Origin: Octopus vulgaris
Lineage: Eukaryota
Assembly (NCBI GenBank): GCA_951406725.2
Contig: OX597842.1
Location: 19,468,001-19,532,000 of the forward strand
DNA length: 64,000 bases
Direction: 5' to 3'
A program made the position numbers and the translations under genes. Of this stretch, positions 41,888 to 57,673 are shown one piece after another; the first letter of the stretch is position 1; every line of letters begins with the position of its first letter. The notes under the pieces were generated by a model. That model worked only from the letters and a program-made list of their open reading frames with translations, did not search any database and was not told where the DNA came from.

Positions 41888-42508
41888 GAAGCTATGTAAC
41901 TTCTCATATATATTTGAAGGCGCATGGCTCAATCGTGAGTTCAATTCCCGTCATCTTCATTACATTGAACATTGTTAAAGGTTAAAGGGTCAAAGCGAAA
42001 TGCAGCCACATTTTCTCTACAAGACTACTTTAAAACGTTTTCCAATGGCTGAATGACGAAACGTATTAATCTGGTTTCTGCCCTAAATATTCTGCTAAAG
42101 TAAGGATGCATCTTGTACACCAGCAAATACTCAGTGAAGTGCAAGTTAATTCATAATTAGTCAACGCCGTTCCCAAACACTGAAGAATCTTGTTTAATAA
42201 TTTGGCTAATTTAGTGAAATTCAAAAGTTACTCCAATACTGATTCGGTGTAAGGAATGGAAACCTACTTATTTCCCCTTTAATTTCTATTTACTTTCTTA
42301 AATCTCCCATACTGAAGGATTATGCTTATTAGAGCCATGCTATCCATGCCAACCGTGTACAATTACTAACATTTTCTCACACTAAACCATCCCTCTTACT
42401 AAAAATATCCTTCTTCTAGAGGATGGGGTTTAGTCAACGGGTACTTATTTTATCGACACCTAAACGATGAAAGACCCAATCGACCATGGTGGGATTTGAA
42501 CTGGGAAC

Positions 42509-42761
42509 TGTGGGATGACGTCAGCGGTTAGGAAGCTGACCGGAAGAGGAAGGGCGCGCATAGGGTAGGGGCGATTGCGCCTTTTTCGATCGGGGAAGTT
42601 GTGAGTGCATGACGTGTCAGTGGTTCGACCAGGTGAGGGATAGCATCTGCTATTTTTAGCGTTTCGGGACGGGCCACGTGGAAGGGTACATTACTATCGG
42701 ACAGATAAGGGTCAACGAAGAGAAGGTGAGTGTCTTACTTCTAATCTCCCGCATTCACTAC
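42509..42761 (+). promoter_or_regulatory. 253-bp GC-rich insertion (second copy)
   Basis: GAAC flanks; TGACGTCA at 42516, ACCGGAAG, GGGGCG, CACGTG; consensus donor AAG|GTGAGT at 42726. Confidence 0.55.
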
Positions 42762-42846
42762 GAACGTAGCGACGGTCGAAATAGCGGTTCGCATTTCGTC
42801 CGGCGTGCTAACGATCCTGCCAGCTCGCCGCCCTGGAAAATACGTT

Positions 42847-42967
42847 AGATGCTTTGGGCACATAGGTTGTCCAAGCGGTCACCCATCTGAGTACCCTGCA
42901 GGCTCGACATTGCTTCACTTCGGTGATCAGGCGAGACAAGGTGCAATCAGCATTATATGGCTGTAAT
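42847..42967 (-). pseudogene. 5S rRNA pseudogene / 5S-derived sequence
   Basis: Near-identical to 33066-33186. Confidence 0.75.
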
Positions 42968-43306
42968 AACAATATTAACAGTTTCAAAACATTCGCATTT
43001 TCTGAAGGTGGTAAAGTAGAGTTTGGTCAGTCGCTCGTACAAGTTATTCTCCTTGATATAATTATTTCTTCAGTTATCTGCTAGGAGCAAAGTTTTTATT
43101 AAAAGGCCTACTGATGGTGGTTTGGGGGAGTTAGTAACTACCATCGACCTCCTGTTTTGAATGGGTCTTTATTTTATTCATCCCAAATCAATGAAAGGTA
43201 AAATTGACATCGGTGGGATTTCGTTTCGGTAATTAAAGCAAACCAACGTATGTTTTATACATTCCCCTTTTCTATAAGTTTTTGTCAGTGATATTTCTGG
43301 TGTCAG

Positions 43307-43416
43307 ATATTCTTTGATCTCGTCTGAAATTAATGATTTTTCTGGATGAATTTCTACTTTTGTATCAAAACTGAAGGGGAAAGGACTATTTCGAAGATAA
43401 CGAGTGAGATTAAATT
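43307..43416 (+). other. Putative non-coding 5' UTR exon of ZNF copy 7
   Basis: TCAG| ... ATT|GTGAGT. Confidence 0.5.
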
Positions 43417-44882
43417 GTGAGTGAAGTAATAATTTCTTCTTATTTTATATTAAATTTCGTTTTCTCTTTCTACAAACCTGTTTTAGTGGGAAATCTTAAC
43501 AATATTCAAGATTTCTTTACATTTTCCCGATCATAAATGCTATTTGTAAACCTGCTGAAATTATGAAAATTAAGTTATTTATAGAAAAATACGTTTTTAT
43601 GAAATTTGCTATAAATACCATTCAGAATGTGTATATTAGAATTCTATCGGAATTTAATATGAAAATATAAATTTGGTGGGCCCGTACACATGAAAGTTAA
43701 AATTTTTGAAGAAATTCTGGATTTGTCTCAGTATGTATGTGTATTTGTGTTTCTTCCCCTCCCATTCCCGCTTAACAAACGGTGTTGGTATATTTACATC
43801 CCTGGAACTTTCGGCAGTAGACTGATAGAATGAGTTCTAGGCATAAAAGAACAAACAAGTTCTCGAGTCGATCCAATCTCACTACAGATTCTTCAAGGAG
43901 ATTCCCCAGCGTGGTGGCAGTCTAATGACAGAAACAAGTAAAAGATAATAATAATAATAATTAATTCGTTTATTAGCCACAAGGGCTAACAAAAATCAAT
44001 TATAACAAGCTACTTACCACACAGCCACTACTGCGCCTATAAAAAGATGTAGTAAAACTTTCACTGCTTTAATCTCTCTAATTCCTAATTATCTTGTATG
44101 TTTTACACTGTTGTTTCTCTTTCGTTTCAGATTATCAGATGACATCTGCTTCACAGGATTTTTACATAAGCAACGTCATTAGAATGGAAAGTCTTTTGAA
44201 GACTGAGCAAAGATGTTATACAAAACACGTATAACCCTGTTTCTATAAATATTTACTGAATTACTGCAAAATATATCTTCTGAACTCTGACATATATGTA
44301 ACAAAATTTCTCTTCTTTATTGTCTGGAATACACAGAAAATTATATTTGCATATTAATTAATCATTTAGCATTTAAACTAGCACAAATATTCTGACCTCT
44401 CACACTCACCCTGCAGTGTCAATTTAAACATAAACAATCAAATCACTGAAGTCTCAAAGCTATGAGATAATCCATGATTAATTCAAAACAATATGAATAA
44501 ATAAGCATTACATTTCACAAAGGAATCTCAATGCTAAACGGTTAAACTGGCCATATTTTTGTGTGTTTTATATTCATACTAGCCAGATCCCACCCCTCAC
44601 ACCCACCCTACAAGGTCATTCTAAAAATAAACAATCACTACATTGAAATCTGAACATGATAACATAATGAATGATTAATTCAGAAGAATTTCAATAAACA
44701 TTATATTTGACAGAGTAATCTGAATGTTAATGAGTTAAAGCAATTAAGAAGGCAGTTTGCAGCATCTTCAGATATTAACAAAGATCACTTTTGATGGAGA
44801 TATATCAGTAGAAATATTTGTTAAGAGCAATATACGAGAAGAAGGAAAACCTTTGTGTACTGTGACAAGAGAAAGGAACATT

Positions 44883-46246
<1,364 letters not shown>

Positions 46247-46409
46247 TAGCAATGTCATATCTGTGGTAAATTATTTTATGAAAATAGAATCTTTACTAAT
46301 CAGGTACATATTCACACAGGAGAGATGTCATATCATTGCGGTGTCTGTGGTAAGTCATTCTCTGATGGACCCAGGTTAACTGTTAGCAAATACATTCATT
46401 CAAGTGTGA

Positions 46410-46514
<105 letters not shown>

Positions 46515-46517
46515 TGA

Positions 46518-46673
<156 letters not shown>

Positions 46674-47314
46674 TGAGGAATAGATTCATTTCCCAAGTTA
46701 CAGACATTGTTTATGAGTTTTATTTTTGAAGCATAACATCCAAATTTTGAAAGTTTCTACTACCATAACAAATGCATCTGTGTCTTACCAAAAAGTTTAT
46801 AAAGAGCAAAGGAATGCTTCTCAGTAAACAACTCTAGACTTGTTTCTTTGCTTGTGAATCAGTGGTCAAGTCTACAAATGATGGTGTCCCTGAGTCTTGT
46901 GAAAGTGATTCAGAAAACAATTATAATAATAATATTTTATCTATTCTAAATGATCTGGACATTGCTTTTGACTTTACATAAAATATTCTTTACATTTTAC
47001 TGTTGTTTTATTGTCATTTATTTACAAGTATTATAAATTTTATTGGTAAAATATTTTTCTGGGAACGAATTACAATTTATAACATTGCTTCTATGGGAAA
47101 TTATTGCTTTGCTTTATGAGTTTTCACTTTAGGAGCAATCTCCAGTAAGAAATTAACTCATATATCAAGGCATTATTGTATCTGACATTATTTTGGCACA
47201 AGGCCAGCAATTTCAGGCGAAGGAGTAAGTTGAATAACCACATGGATCAGCATGTGTGCTTTTTACATGAACTAGGACAAATGCTTCTTACAGGGAGTGG
47301 CATTACATGATATA

Positions 47315-47689
47315 TCTATATATATAAAGCTGAAGTTGTCTCTGTGTGTGTGTGGCAGGTTTTGCAGCCTTCAACTAACACTATCTCCTCCGAGACCCTG
47401 TGGTGCAAGTTGAACAAAACTGAGAGTATGATAAAAGAAGGCTTGCTCTTCCGTACTTAGAAGAAAAAATTCAAATAGGACTAAGTTAACACCAAAATTT
47501 ACTTCCATCAAAAAGGTGCTTTTTTCTTCTATGAAAATCCCTATATATTATGATTCTTTGACTGCTGTGTTGCCATTTTTTTTTGGTGTATTTCAACCAG
47601 AAAACTGTTCACTTTCCCAGATAATGCAAAATTTTCAAAACTTCCAATTCTAAAGGGTCAGAAAAAAAAAACACCCGAGCAATGCCGGG

Positions 47690-47692
<3 letters not shown>
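47315..47692 (+). mobile_element. Helitron-like element, 3' end lost into (TA)n
   Basis: A|TC start; CCCGAGCAATGCCGGG hairpin followed directly by a TA tract. Confidence 0.65.
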
Positions 47693-47734
<42 letters not shown>

Positions 47735-47859
47735 TATACATATATATATATATACATATATATTTATATATACATATATGTATATATATATATACACATA
47801 CATAAATCTATATATATATATATATATACATATATATTTATATATGCTCTCTATGTATA

Positions 47860-50290
47860 AATGAAATTTTTTTCATTATTAAAGCGGGTAGGCATATTAT
47901 TAACAACATAAATGAAAAAAACTTGTTTTGCATTCATAAACTACCGTTCACCTTCTCTAGATTCAGATAGAACTTAGCTTTTCTACTAATAATTTTTTAA
48001 CTCCCTTCTGTAACTAACTATACTAGTGGTCTTCTATAATTCTAAAGCATGCAACTTATAAATGTATAATTTTATATAATTTTGTAGCTACACATGTATA
48101 ATAATAGATGTGTCCAGTATTAATTGTTTTTTGTTTTTTGTATGTGGGTTTTTGTCTTGTTTTTAAGGGAAATACACTATGACAAGTAATAACACATTCA
48201 TTTTGGTATTTGCCTTGTAATATGTGATTCCCGAAGTTTTCTAATATTGCATAGTGTATATGAATATCAAGGTTAGTTACCTAGCTCTTGATAATGTAAT
48301 ACTATTGTGCAATATATGAGAGTCTTTTTGGGAGTTTGTTTTGTTTAGGTTGAGAATCTAGGTTTTTTGTATGTTTATTTGGCAGGTTTATATTGTATAT
48401 TTGGTCTTTCTTTGTACTCACCTTAATTTGTATCTTATGCTATTTACTAATAAACCTTTCCATTTACAAGCATTAGGCTTTATAAATATTACCAGCCTTA
48501 TATATTTAGTCTATATTTATAGTCTTCTGGATCTGTACATTAAATTATCCATCTATCCAATTTTTTACTCACTATCTACAGGTATAAACTTTCATAGTAT
48601 TAGCCTGTATACTAAGTTTATATTAGTACTTTCTTCAATATATATCTTCACTTTATTTATGTTATTGATTTACATTTATACTCTTTTATGTATATGTGGA
48701 TATATGCATATTAGCATTACTATATATTAGGTGTACCTGTACCTATGCATTTATCTGAATTGGTTCTCTATGGTATCTATCTTTGCATTTAGTCATCTAA
48801 TTATTTATTTATTTATTTACTTATATAAGTGTAGATTTATACATACATATCAATAATTTATTTCTTAATAATATATGAATACATATATACTGGTTTGTAC
48901 TTATATTATGTGTGTAATCGTAATTATTTCTTCTTATTTATTTTATCACATTTTAACTTAAGTATTTACAATCTTTTAATTTCTGTGATTTTCTTATATA
49001 TGATTGCATTAGTGAGTCCCCCAGTTGTTATTATTTAATGCCTAATCTTGTTTATAATATAAAAATTAATCTATACTTTATAACTTAGTGTACATGGAAT
49101 CATAACTAATTACGGTAAATCTAGTAACCGTTATGTTGACTATGATAAAAACCGGCGTTAAATACGGAGGGTACCTAGTGAAATAGCATCCAACATCGTG
49201 ATATATTGATATATAAATATATATCTTTGAAATAAATATTTTATGGAAATATATGAGTGGATCTTTTTGTTATTTGAGGCATAGTTATAATTTTGATAGA
49301 CTAGATGACAGTATAGTTGCTCCCCTATTTATTTATCTTTATGCTAGAGGTTGCTTGTGGATGTGTATGTGTATAAGTGTATGTGTGTGTGTATACATAT
49401 AATTATGTATGTATGTGCGATTGATCTGTCGATGTGCGTGTGCGTATTTGCGTTTCTTGATTAACTAACCGTAAAATTTCTTTTCTGATTCAAATTTCAA
49501 ACTACAAGCCAATCGAATTAATCTAGAATAATCAATATCAAGCGGACAGAATAACTGAACTCATAGTTATTTCGATTTTGAATGGATGGACTTGGTGCAA
49601 ACTTAACTGTATCTATTATTATTATTATTATATTTATTAATAGTAATTTTTATTGACTTTTATAGGTTTATAATTTTATGAACTGAACTATGGTTTTTTA
49701 TTATTTTTCAGGTATAGGTATGATTTTAATTTAAATAGTAGTGCGCATACATCTCCCTATGTGTTAGTTTTTAGAACTATTAGCCAAATATGTAAAATAA
49801 CTGTGCTTATTAATATTAATATATACACTGATATATATTTTGTTTTATTTTGTTTTGTTTACCTTGCATTATTGTATCAATGAGTATTATATACGTGTAG
49901 CATTATGGAGTTTATGCACAAGTTTTTATATTTTACATTTTCATATTTTTATATTTATATGTATATGGAAAAATAATTTTTTCACAATTATAACAAATTA
50001 AATTCTCTGAAGAGGCCGTGGGGCATCCTTGTTAATGCCTCATTTATACCTGCCTTTATGGCTTATAGGTTAAATGAGGTATGACTGCCCTTACTGCCGA
50101 AACAGCTGTCAGATATGATATAATTATATATTATATTTTATATTTCTATTTCCTTGTCTATTTATATTTACTATATATTTTGTATAATGCCTTTACTGAT
50201 ATGTAATGGTGTAATAAAGTATTGATTGGGTATCATCTGATAGTTGATGTTTTATTGATTTAAGTATGTTTCTCCATTTTCTAATTTTGT
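47860..50290. mobile_element. Decayed AT-rich Penelope-like element
   Basis: Bounded by (TA)n tracts and carries a hammerhead motif at 50004. The minus strand at ~47870-48230 has only a weak by-eye resemblance to a GIY-YIG C-terminus. Confidence 0.4.
50004..50113 (+). ncRNA. Type I hammerhead ribozyme motif
   Basis: TCT-CTGAAGA-GGC[long stem II]GCC-GAAA-CAGCTG-TC-AGA: intact core, GUC site, palindromic minimal stem III. Confidence 0.75.
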
Positions 50291-50293
50291 AGT

Positions 50294-50695
<402 letters not shown>

Positions 50696-50698
50696 TTC

Positions 50699-51084
50699 AA
50701 TAAAAATGGTAAATAATTTTCCTGTGAGTTATCATGTAACCAACAATTATTTACCGGTAAATTTCGGTATGTAAATACGACAAATTAATTGTCAGGACCT
50801 TTGTAAGGTTCAGTATATAGTAAGGAAAAAATAAGATGGTTAAGAGCAGGCTGTTTCACCTCATACCGAAGGAATTAGAAATGGCAGTCAAAGACCGTTT
50901 TTCCAATTTCTATAAGTGGAGAATCCAAACAGCCTGCTGTTAACCTTCTTATTTTTTCCTTACTATATACTGAACCTTACAAAGGTCCTGACAATTAATT
51001 TGTCGTATTTACATACCGAAATTTACCGGTAAATAATTGTTGGTTACATGATAAACCACAGGAAAATTATTTACCATTTTTATT
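50699..51084. repeat. Near-perfect inverted repeat (~158-bp arms, 70-bp spacer)
   Basis: 50699-50856 is the reverse complement of 50927-51084 with only a few differences. Confidence 0.92.
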
Positions 51085-51263
51085 TACCATGTGGATTCCT
51101 CATTCCATTACGATTACCCAGAAAGCGCGCATGGCAGAATTTTGGAGGGAAAATTTACGTTCCCAGTCGCCACTTAGTTTTAACATCTGCTCTCTTCCCC
51201 CCACTATCTGATGTCGCTGGGTCAGAAGTGAGGGCTAGTGGCATTTAGTAAAGCTATCGAATA

Positions 51264-51326
51264 TAGCGCCGATGACGGAATTCAAACTGATTTCTACGTT
51301 TGCGATCCAGAAACATATGTTCGCTA
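51264..51326 (+). ncRNA. Degenerate type I hammerhead motif
   Basis: TAGCG-CCGATGA-CGGA..TCCA-GAAA-CATATG-TT-CGCTA; U4->C in the core and a mismatched stem II closing pair. Confidence 0.5.
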
Positions 51327-51349
51327 CTAACGGTAAGTGACTGAATTCG

Positions 51350-51938
<589 letters not shown>

Positions 51939-52706
51939 AAGTTAATCCAAACAAGAAAACACAACGCGAGGACGTGGAATAAATATAGTATTACTTGACG
52001 GAAGCTATTATGTAACTTCTCATATATATTTGAAGGTGCATGGCTCCGTCGTGAGTTCAATTCCCGTCATCTTCATCACATTGAACAATGTTAAAGGTTA
52101 AAGGGTCAAAGCGAAATGCAGCCACATTTTCTCTACAAAACTACTTTAAAACGTTTTCCAATGGCTGAATGACGAAACGTATTAATCTGGTTTCTGTCCT
52201 AAATATTCTGGTAAAGTAAGGATGCATCTTGTACACCAGCAAATACTCAGTGAAGTGCAAGTAAATCAGTTGACCATAAGATTGACTCCTCGTTGTGAAA
52301 CGACGGAGATCCACCACCGTTATAAGCCTATGAAGCCATCTAAAGATCGAATGCTTCTTTTTCCCGTAATTAGGCTCATGCCCTTGCTTATCTCCCTTTA
52401 CTCACTAATTTTCCTTATCGTCTTTCAATGAATTAATACCAACACAAATTTCTCTCAGATCTAATCCCTTCCTCTAATCAATGCTGGAATTATTTTTGGT
52501 AACAATCTTCCTCTGAATGTTATATGGAGCTGTATTCTTTTCATTTCGTTTTCTACGCACTTTTTTAGGTACTACTAGCGAACAGTGGTCCCGGTGCGCT
52601 CACACGCACATGGGTCTTTTTAGCAAGCACAGCAAACGTTCGCATTTTCTAAAGGTGACATATTACTAATTGGTCATTCATTTATGGAAGTTGTTCTTGA
52701 TATAAT

Positions 52707-53126
52707 CTGTCCAGAGACGTGCAACCAAACGCATACCCTCCATCAGACACCTACCATATTCTGAGCGCCTTGTTTCCCTGGGCATGGATTCACTGAAGCT
52801 CCGGCGTTTGGCGACGGACTTGGTAAACACCCACAAAGTTATCAACCACCTCACCAACAACAACACTGAACACCTTTTTGATCTCCATGTGTCTAACACA
52901 CGTGGACATGCCTACAAAGTCAGAAAACAATACAGCTCCCATGACTTTCGGAAACATTTTTTCACGCTCAGAATTGCTGAAGCATGGAATAAACTGCCTG
53001 CGTCAGTTGTTGACTGCCATGACACTGCATCTTTTAAGGCCCTCATGCTTTCCGAAATCCGCCGAAACTACACCTGATTATATATACACTTTAGATGAGT
53101 TGTAGTGCACCTGAGCACTGTACACA

Positions 53127-53156
<30 letters not shown>
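52707..53156 (+). mobile_element. CR1-like LINE 3' fragment with (TTA)n tail
   Basis: VQRRATKRIP..L.YSERLVSLGMDSLKLRRL..TRGH..K..RKHFF..R..WNKLP. Empty site GATATAATAGTTTC at ~7168. Confidence 0.9.
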
Positions 53157-53159
<3 letters not shown>

Positions 53160-53663
53160 AGTTTCTTAAGGCGGTGAGCTGGCAAAATACCTAGCCGTAT
53201 TTCGTCTGTCTTAACGTTCTGAGTTCAAATTCCACCGAGATAGATTTTGCCTTTTATCCTTTCGAGGTCGATAAATTAAGTACCAGTTGCGTACTGTGAT
53301 CGATCTAATCGACTGCCCCTCTCACCCCAAATTTCTGGCCTTGTGCCTAGAGTAGAAAAGAATATAATTGTTACCTGCTAGAAGTAAAGTTGTTATTAAT
53401 AGACTTAATATTGGGGGTGTGGGGGAGATTAGTATCAACCTCTGTTTTCGATGGATCTTTATTTTGATTCCGAAGCAATGAAAGGTAAAATTGACATCGG
53501 CAGGATTTGAACTCACAACATAAAAACCCACAAGAAATACTGCCTGGCGTAAATAGTTGTTAATTTTGGTACAACCCTAAGATTTCGTTTCGGTATTTCA
53601 AGCAAACCATTACATGTTTTATTTATTCCCCGTTTACACAATTTTTGTCATGGTTCTTTTTAG

Positions 53664-53779
53664 CGTCGATATTCTTTGATCTCGTCTAAAATTATCGACT
53701 TTTCTCGATGAATTTCTACTTTTGTATCAAAACTGCTGTGGGGAAAGACTCTACGGAGGATAACGAGTGATATTAAATG
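53664..53779 (+). other. Putative non-coding 5' UTR exon of ZNF copy 8
   Basis: TTCTTTTTAG| ... ATG|GTGAGT. Confidence 0.55.
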
Positions 53780-54734
53780 GTGAGTAAAGTAATAATTTCA
53801 TTTTGTTTTTATATTAGACTGATGAAATGAGTTCCAGGCATAAAAAACAAATAAGTTCTGGGGTCGATCCAGTCTCACTACAGATTCTTCAAGGCGATGC
53901 CCCAGCATGATGGCAGTCTAATGACAGAAATAAGTAAAAGATAGTAATAATAAGAAGCAGAATTATAATTATATATATATATATACACACACACAGTTGC
54001 AAAGTGCCCCTCCTCCCCGTCCAAGGACGGTGATGAGTTGTCAAACATTTAAACCAAATTTTCTCAAGACAACTTGTCCGACCGCTCCATATGCCTCTCC
54101 TTTGAGAAACACTGATTTAACCTAAATTAGGGACACCAGCAAAAGAAGAAATAAAGATAGACTTTTTTTCTATTCCAAAGAAAAACGATTTTATTTACAA
54201 AAATATGCAACCGAAGAGTTTAAAGTACCAGTAATTATAAGGCTGTTGACTGGGAGAACACAAACATGGTTTAAACAGTTCTTTTCATTAAAAAATAATT
54301 AAGCATGCCTATATTTCAATAAAACTTTTGGTTTTGTTAAACAAAGTTAATGCAAAGAAGAAAAAACTTCTTGAGAAACGAAATAGTCTTTCCTTCCTTC
54401 ATGCCAAGTTTGAAGAAAATATCTCTTTTGCATCTTACTTTTTTGGTCTCTTAGATATACTGCATTTTGTGGAATTATTTCATGCCAGCCGGCACAAACT
54501 GCATGTGCATTTTTCTTGCGTACGTGTAGTATCGATCACAACAGCTGATGTACTTGCGCATACAAAAGCACGTTCCCATGGCTTTATCGATCGTATTCTC
54601 ACTTGGAATCGATTTTTGTAAAATTTTCAAGACTTATACACGTCCTGATACCTTCGGCATCTACATATCAAATTTGGCTGCAATCAGATTGAGGATGCCC
54701 GAGATCCGAGAAGACACACAGACAGAACAGATTT

Positions 54735-54773
<39 letters not shown>

Positions 54774-55040
54774 AACACCAGTTTTTATCAATTCAAAATG
54801 AACAATTAAATTACACCATCTAGAAAATTACATATAATAGAAATATTTAAATTAAAATAACAATAAAATATCAATGACGTGTCGTTATTCTACCAATTAT
54901 ATACGTTTTTATTTTTTTTGCAATTTACTTAATGATGGATATTTTATTGTTATTTTAATTTTAATAATTCTATTATATGTAATTTTCTAGATGGTGTAAT
55001 TTAATTGTTCCTTTTGAATTGATAAAAGGTAGTTTTTTTC

Positions 55041-55075
<35 letters not shown>

Positions 55076-56107
55076 AGGTGTTATTTTCTTGAAATTTATT
55101 ATATATATGATTGATTGATTGATTCTAGTTTCAGCTTATGAGCTGTGGCCACGCTGGGGCACCGCCATTATATATTATATTGTGAAATTTGATTCAGTAT
55201 TTCTAAATTGAATTTTTTGTCGTGAGTTTGGATTTATATTCCCTCAAATAATTATTATATGTATGTATATATATATATATATATATATCATGGTGATCTA
55301 TGTAAAGGGCATCTATACTGCTTTGCATAAAAACCCCCATACATGTACCATATGAGAAGATCTCGATACAGGCTCTAAAGTGGTTGGCGTTAAGAAGAGT
55401 GTCCAGCTGTAGAAAACAATCTAAATCAGGCAGGAACTGGGGGCAGCACCCCTGTTTGCCAGCACAGGTCAAACCAACCAACCCAGGGAAGCATGGTAAA
55501 TGGACATTAAATGTAAAAAGCTGTGCCAAAACTGACCTTGCCTGTGATCTTGCCACTTAAAATGTACTCAATACACTCTGTAGTATGGTTGGTGTTAGGA
55601 AGAGCATCTAGCTGTAGAAGCTGAGCCAAAACAGACACACAAGTGTGGGGCAGTCTTCTGACTGACCACCTCCTACCAAACCATCCAACAGATACTGGTA
55701 TTGAAGGTGGACATTATATGACGGGGATCAGGAAACGAGAGTCCTGGCAGTTTGCTGTGTTTGAAAAGACACAGCAAGCTAAGTAAAAGCATGGGTGCCC
55801 TTGCATACAAGCTTGTCCCTTGCGACCCCCTCCAGCTGAGCATCCCTAATCCTGCAGGCTCATGGGTGCTGATAACACGTAAAAAGCACCCAGTGGTACT
55901 GCGTAATATCACCCAGTACATTCTGTAAAGGGTTTGTGTTAGAAAGGGCATCCAGACATAGAAACTATTTTAAGATAGAGATGGGGCCTGATCAGCCCTT
56001 CAGCTGGTTAGCTCCTTTCAAATCATCCAACCCATGCCAGTGTGTAAAATGGAATTTAAATGATGATGAAGTAATAATTTTAAATTTATATATACACCTT
56101 ATAGTAT

Positions 56108-56378
56108 ATCATTGCCTTTCTGAGCGAACGATTTGCCACAGATATCACAGTGATATGGCTTCTCACCTGTATGGACGCATCTGTGCCTAGACAAGCCTTG
56201 ATTTTCAGAGAATGATCTACCACAGGTATCACAATGATATGGCTTCTCTCCTGTATGAATACGTCGGTGAGTGAGTAAGTTAGTTTTCCGAGAGAATAAT
56301 TTACCACAGGTATCACAATCATATGATGTTTTGCCCTCTTCATTCTCTACATCATCAGATAAATCAATTATTTTAGAT
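56108..56378 (-). pseudogene. Inverted ZNF fragment upstream of copy 8
   Basis: Minus ORF 56099-56389; same breakpoints as the 10340 and 36522 fragments. Confidence 0.85.
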
Positions 56379-57673
56379 AGCCTTCTCACTATATTTGGCT
56401 ATCTGATGTCATCTACAGTATGGATATAAATGACACTGGATTTATTTGAGGAATTCCTTCATGTCAGTAGAGTTTAAAAAATGAGAGAAAGAGAAAGAAA
56501 ATAGAATTTCCAAGACTAGTATTCACTATGATTGTTTCAACCCATCGTGCATCTGTGCCTCGCAGGTGAGATTCTGTACGAACAGTTGTGGGGCATCCTT
56601 TGATGCAGATATGTCCCATCAGGTGACTTATCAAATGGTTCCTCGTATTTAAATTTCTGTTTTGCTTATTTCGATTAGAATTCATTTTGGTATTTGGGAC
56701 ATGTCAAGCTTCTTTCAGTTTCCATCAACATGTCTTTTATTGGCCACTCTGGGACTGAACCCAGGACCATGTGGTTGGGAAGCCAACTTCTTACCACACA
56801 ACCATCCCTGCACTTCTACAGCCATGTCTATATAAAAATGTAGTAAAACTTTCACTGCTTTAATCTCTCTAATTCCTAATTATCTTGTATGTTTTACACT
56901 GTTGTTTCTCTTTCGTTTCAGATTATCAGATGACATCTGCTTCACAGGATTTTTACATAAGCAACGTCATTAGAATGGAAAGTCTTTTGAAGACTGAGCA
57001 AAGATGTTATACAAAACACGTATAACCCTGTTTCTATGAATATTTACTGAATTACTGCAAAATATATCTTCTGAACTCTGACATATATGTCGCAAAATTT
57101 CTCTTCTTTATTGTCTGGAATACACAGAAAATTATATTTGCATATTAATTAATCATTTAGCATTTAAACTAGCACAAATATTCTGACCTCTCACACTCAC
57201 CCTGCCGTGTCAGTTTAAACATAAACAATCAAATCACTGAAGTCTCAAAGCTATGAGATAATCCATGATTAATTCAAAACAATATGAATAAATAAGCATT
57301 ACATTTCACAAAGGAATCTCAATGCTAAACGGTTAAACTGGCCATATTTTTGTGTGTTTTATATTCATACTAGCCAGATCCCACCCCTCACACCCACCCT
57401 ACAAGGTCATTCTAAAAATAAACAATCACAACATTGAAATCTGAACATGATAACATAATGAATGATTAATTCAGAAGAATTTCAATAAACATTCTATTTG
57501 ACTGATTAATCTGAATGTTAATGAGTTAAAGCAATTAAGAAGGCAGTTTGCAGCATCTTCAGATATTAACAAAGATCACTTTTGATGGAGATATATCAGT
57601 AGAAATATTTGTTCAGAGCAATATACGAGAAGAAGGAAAACCTTTGTGAACTGTGACAAGAGAAAGGAAAATT

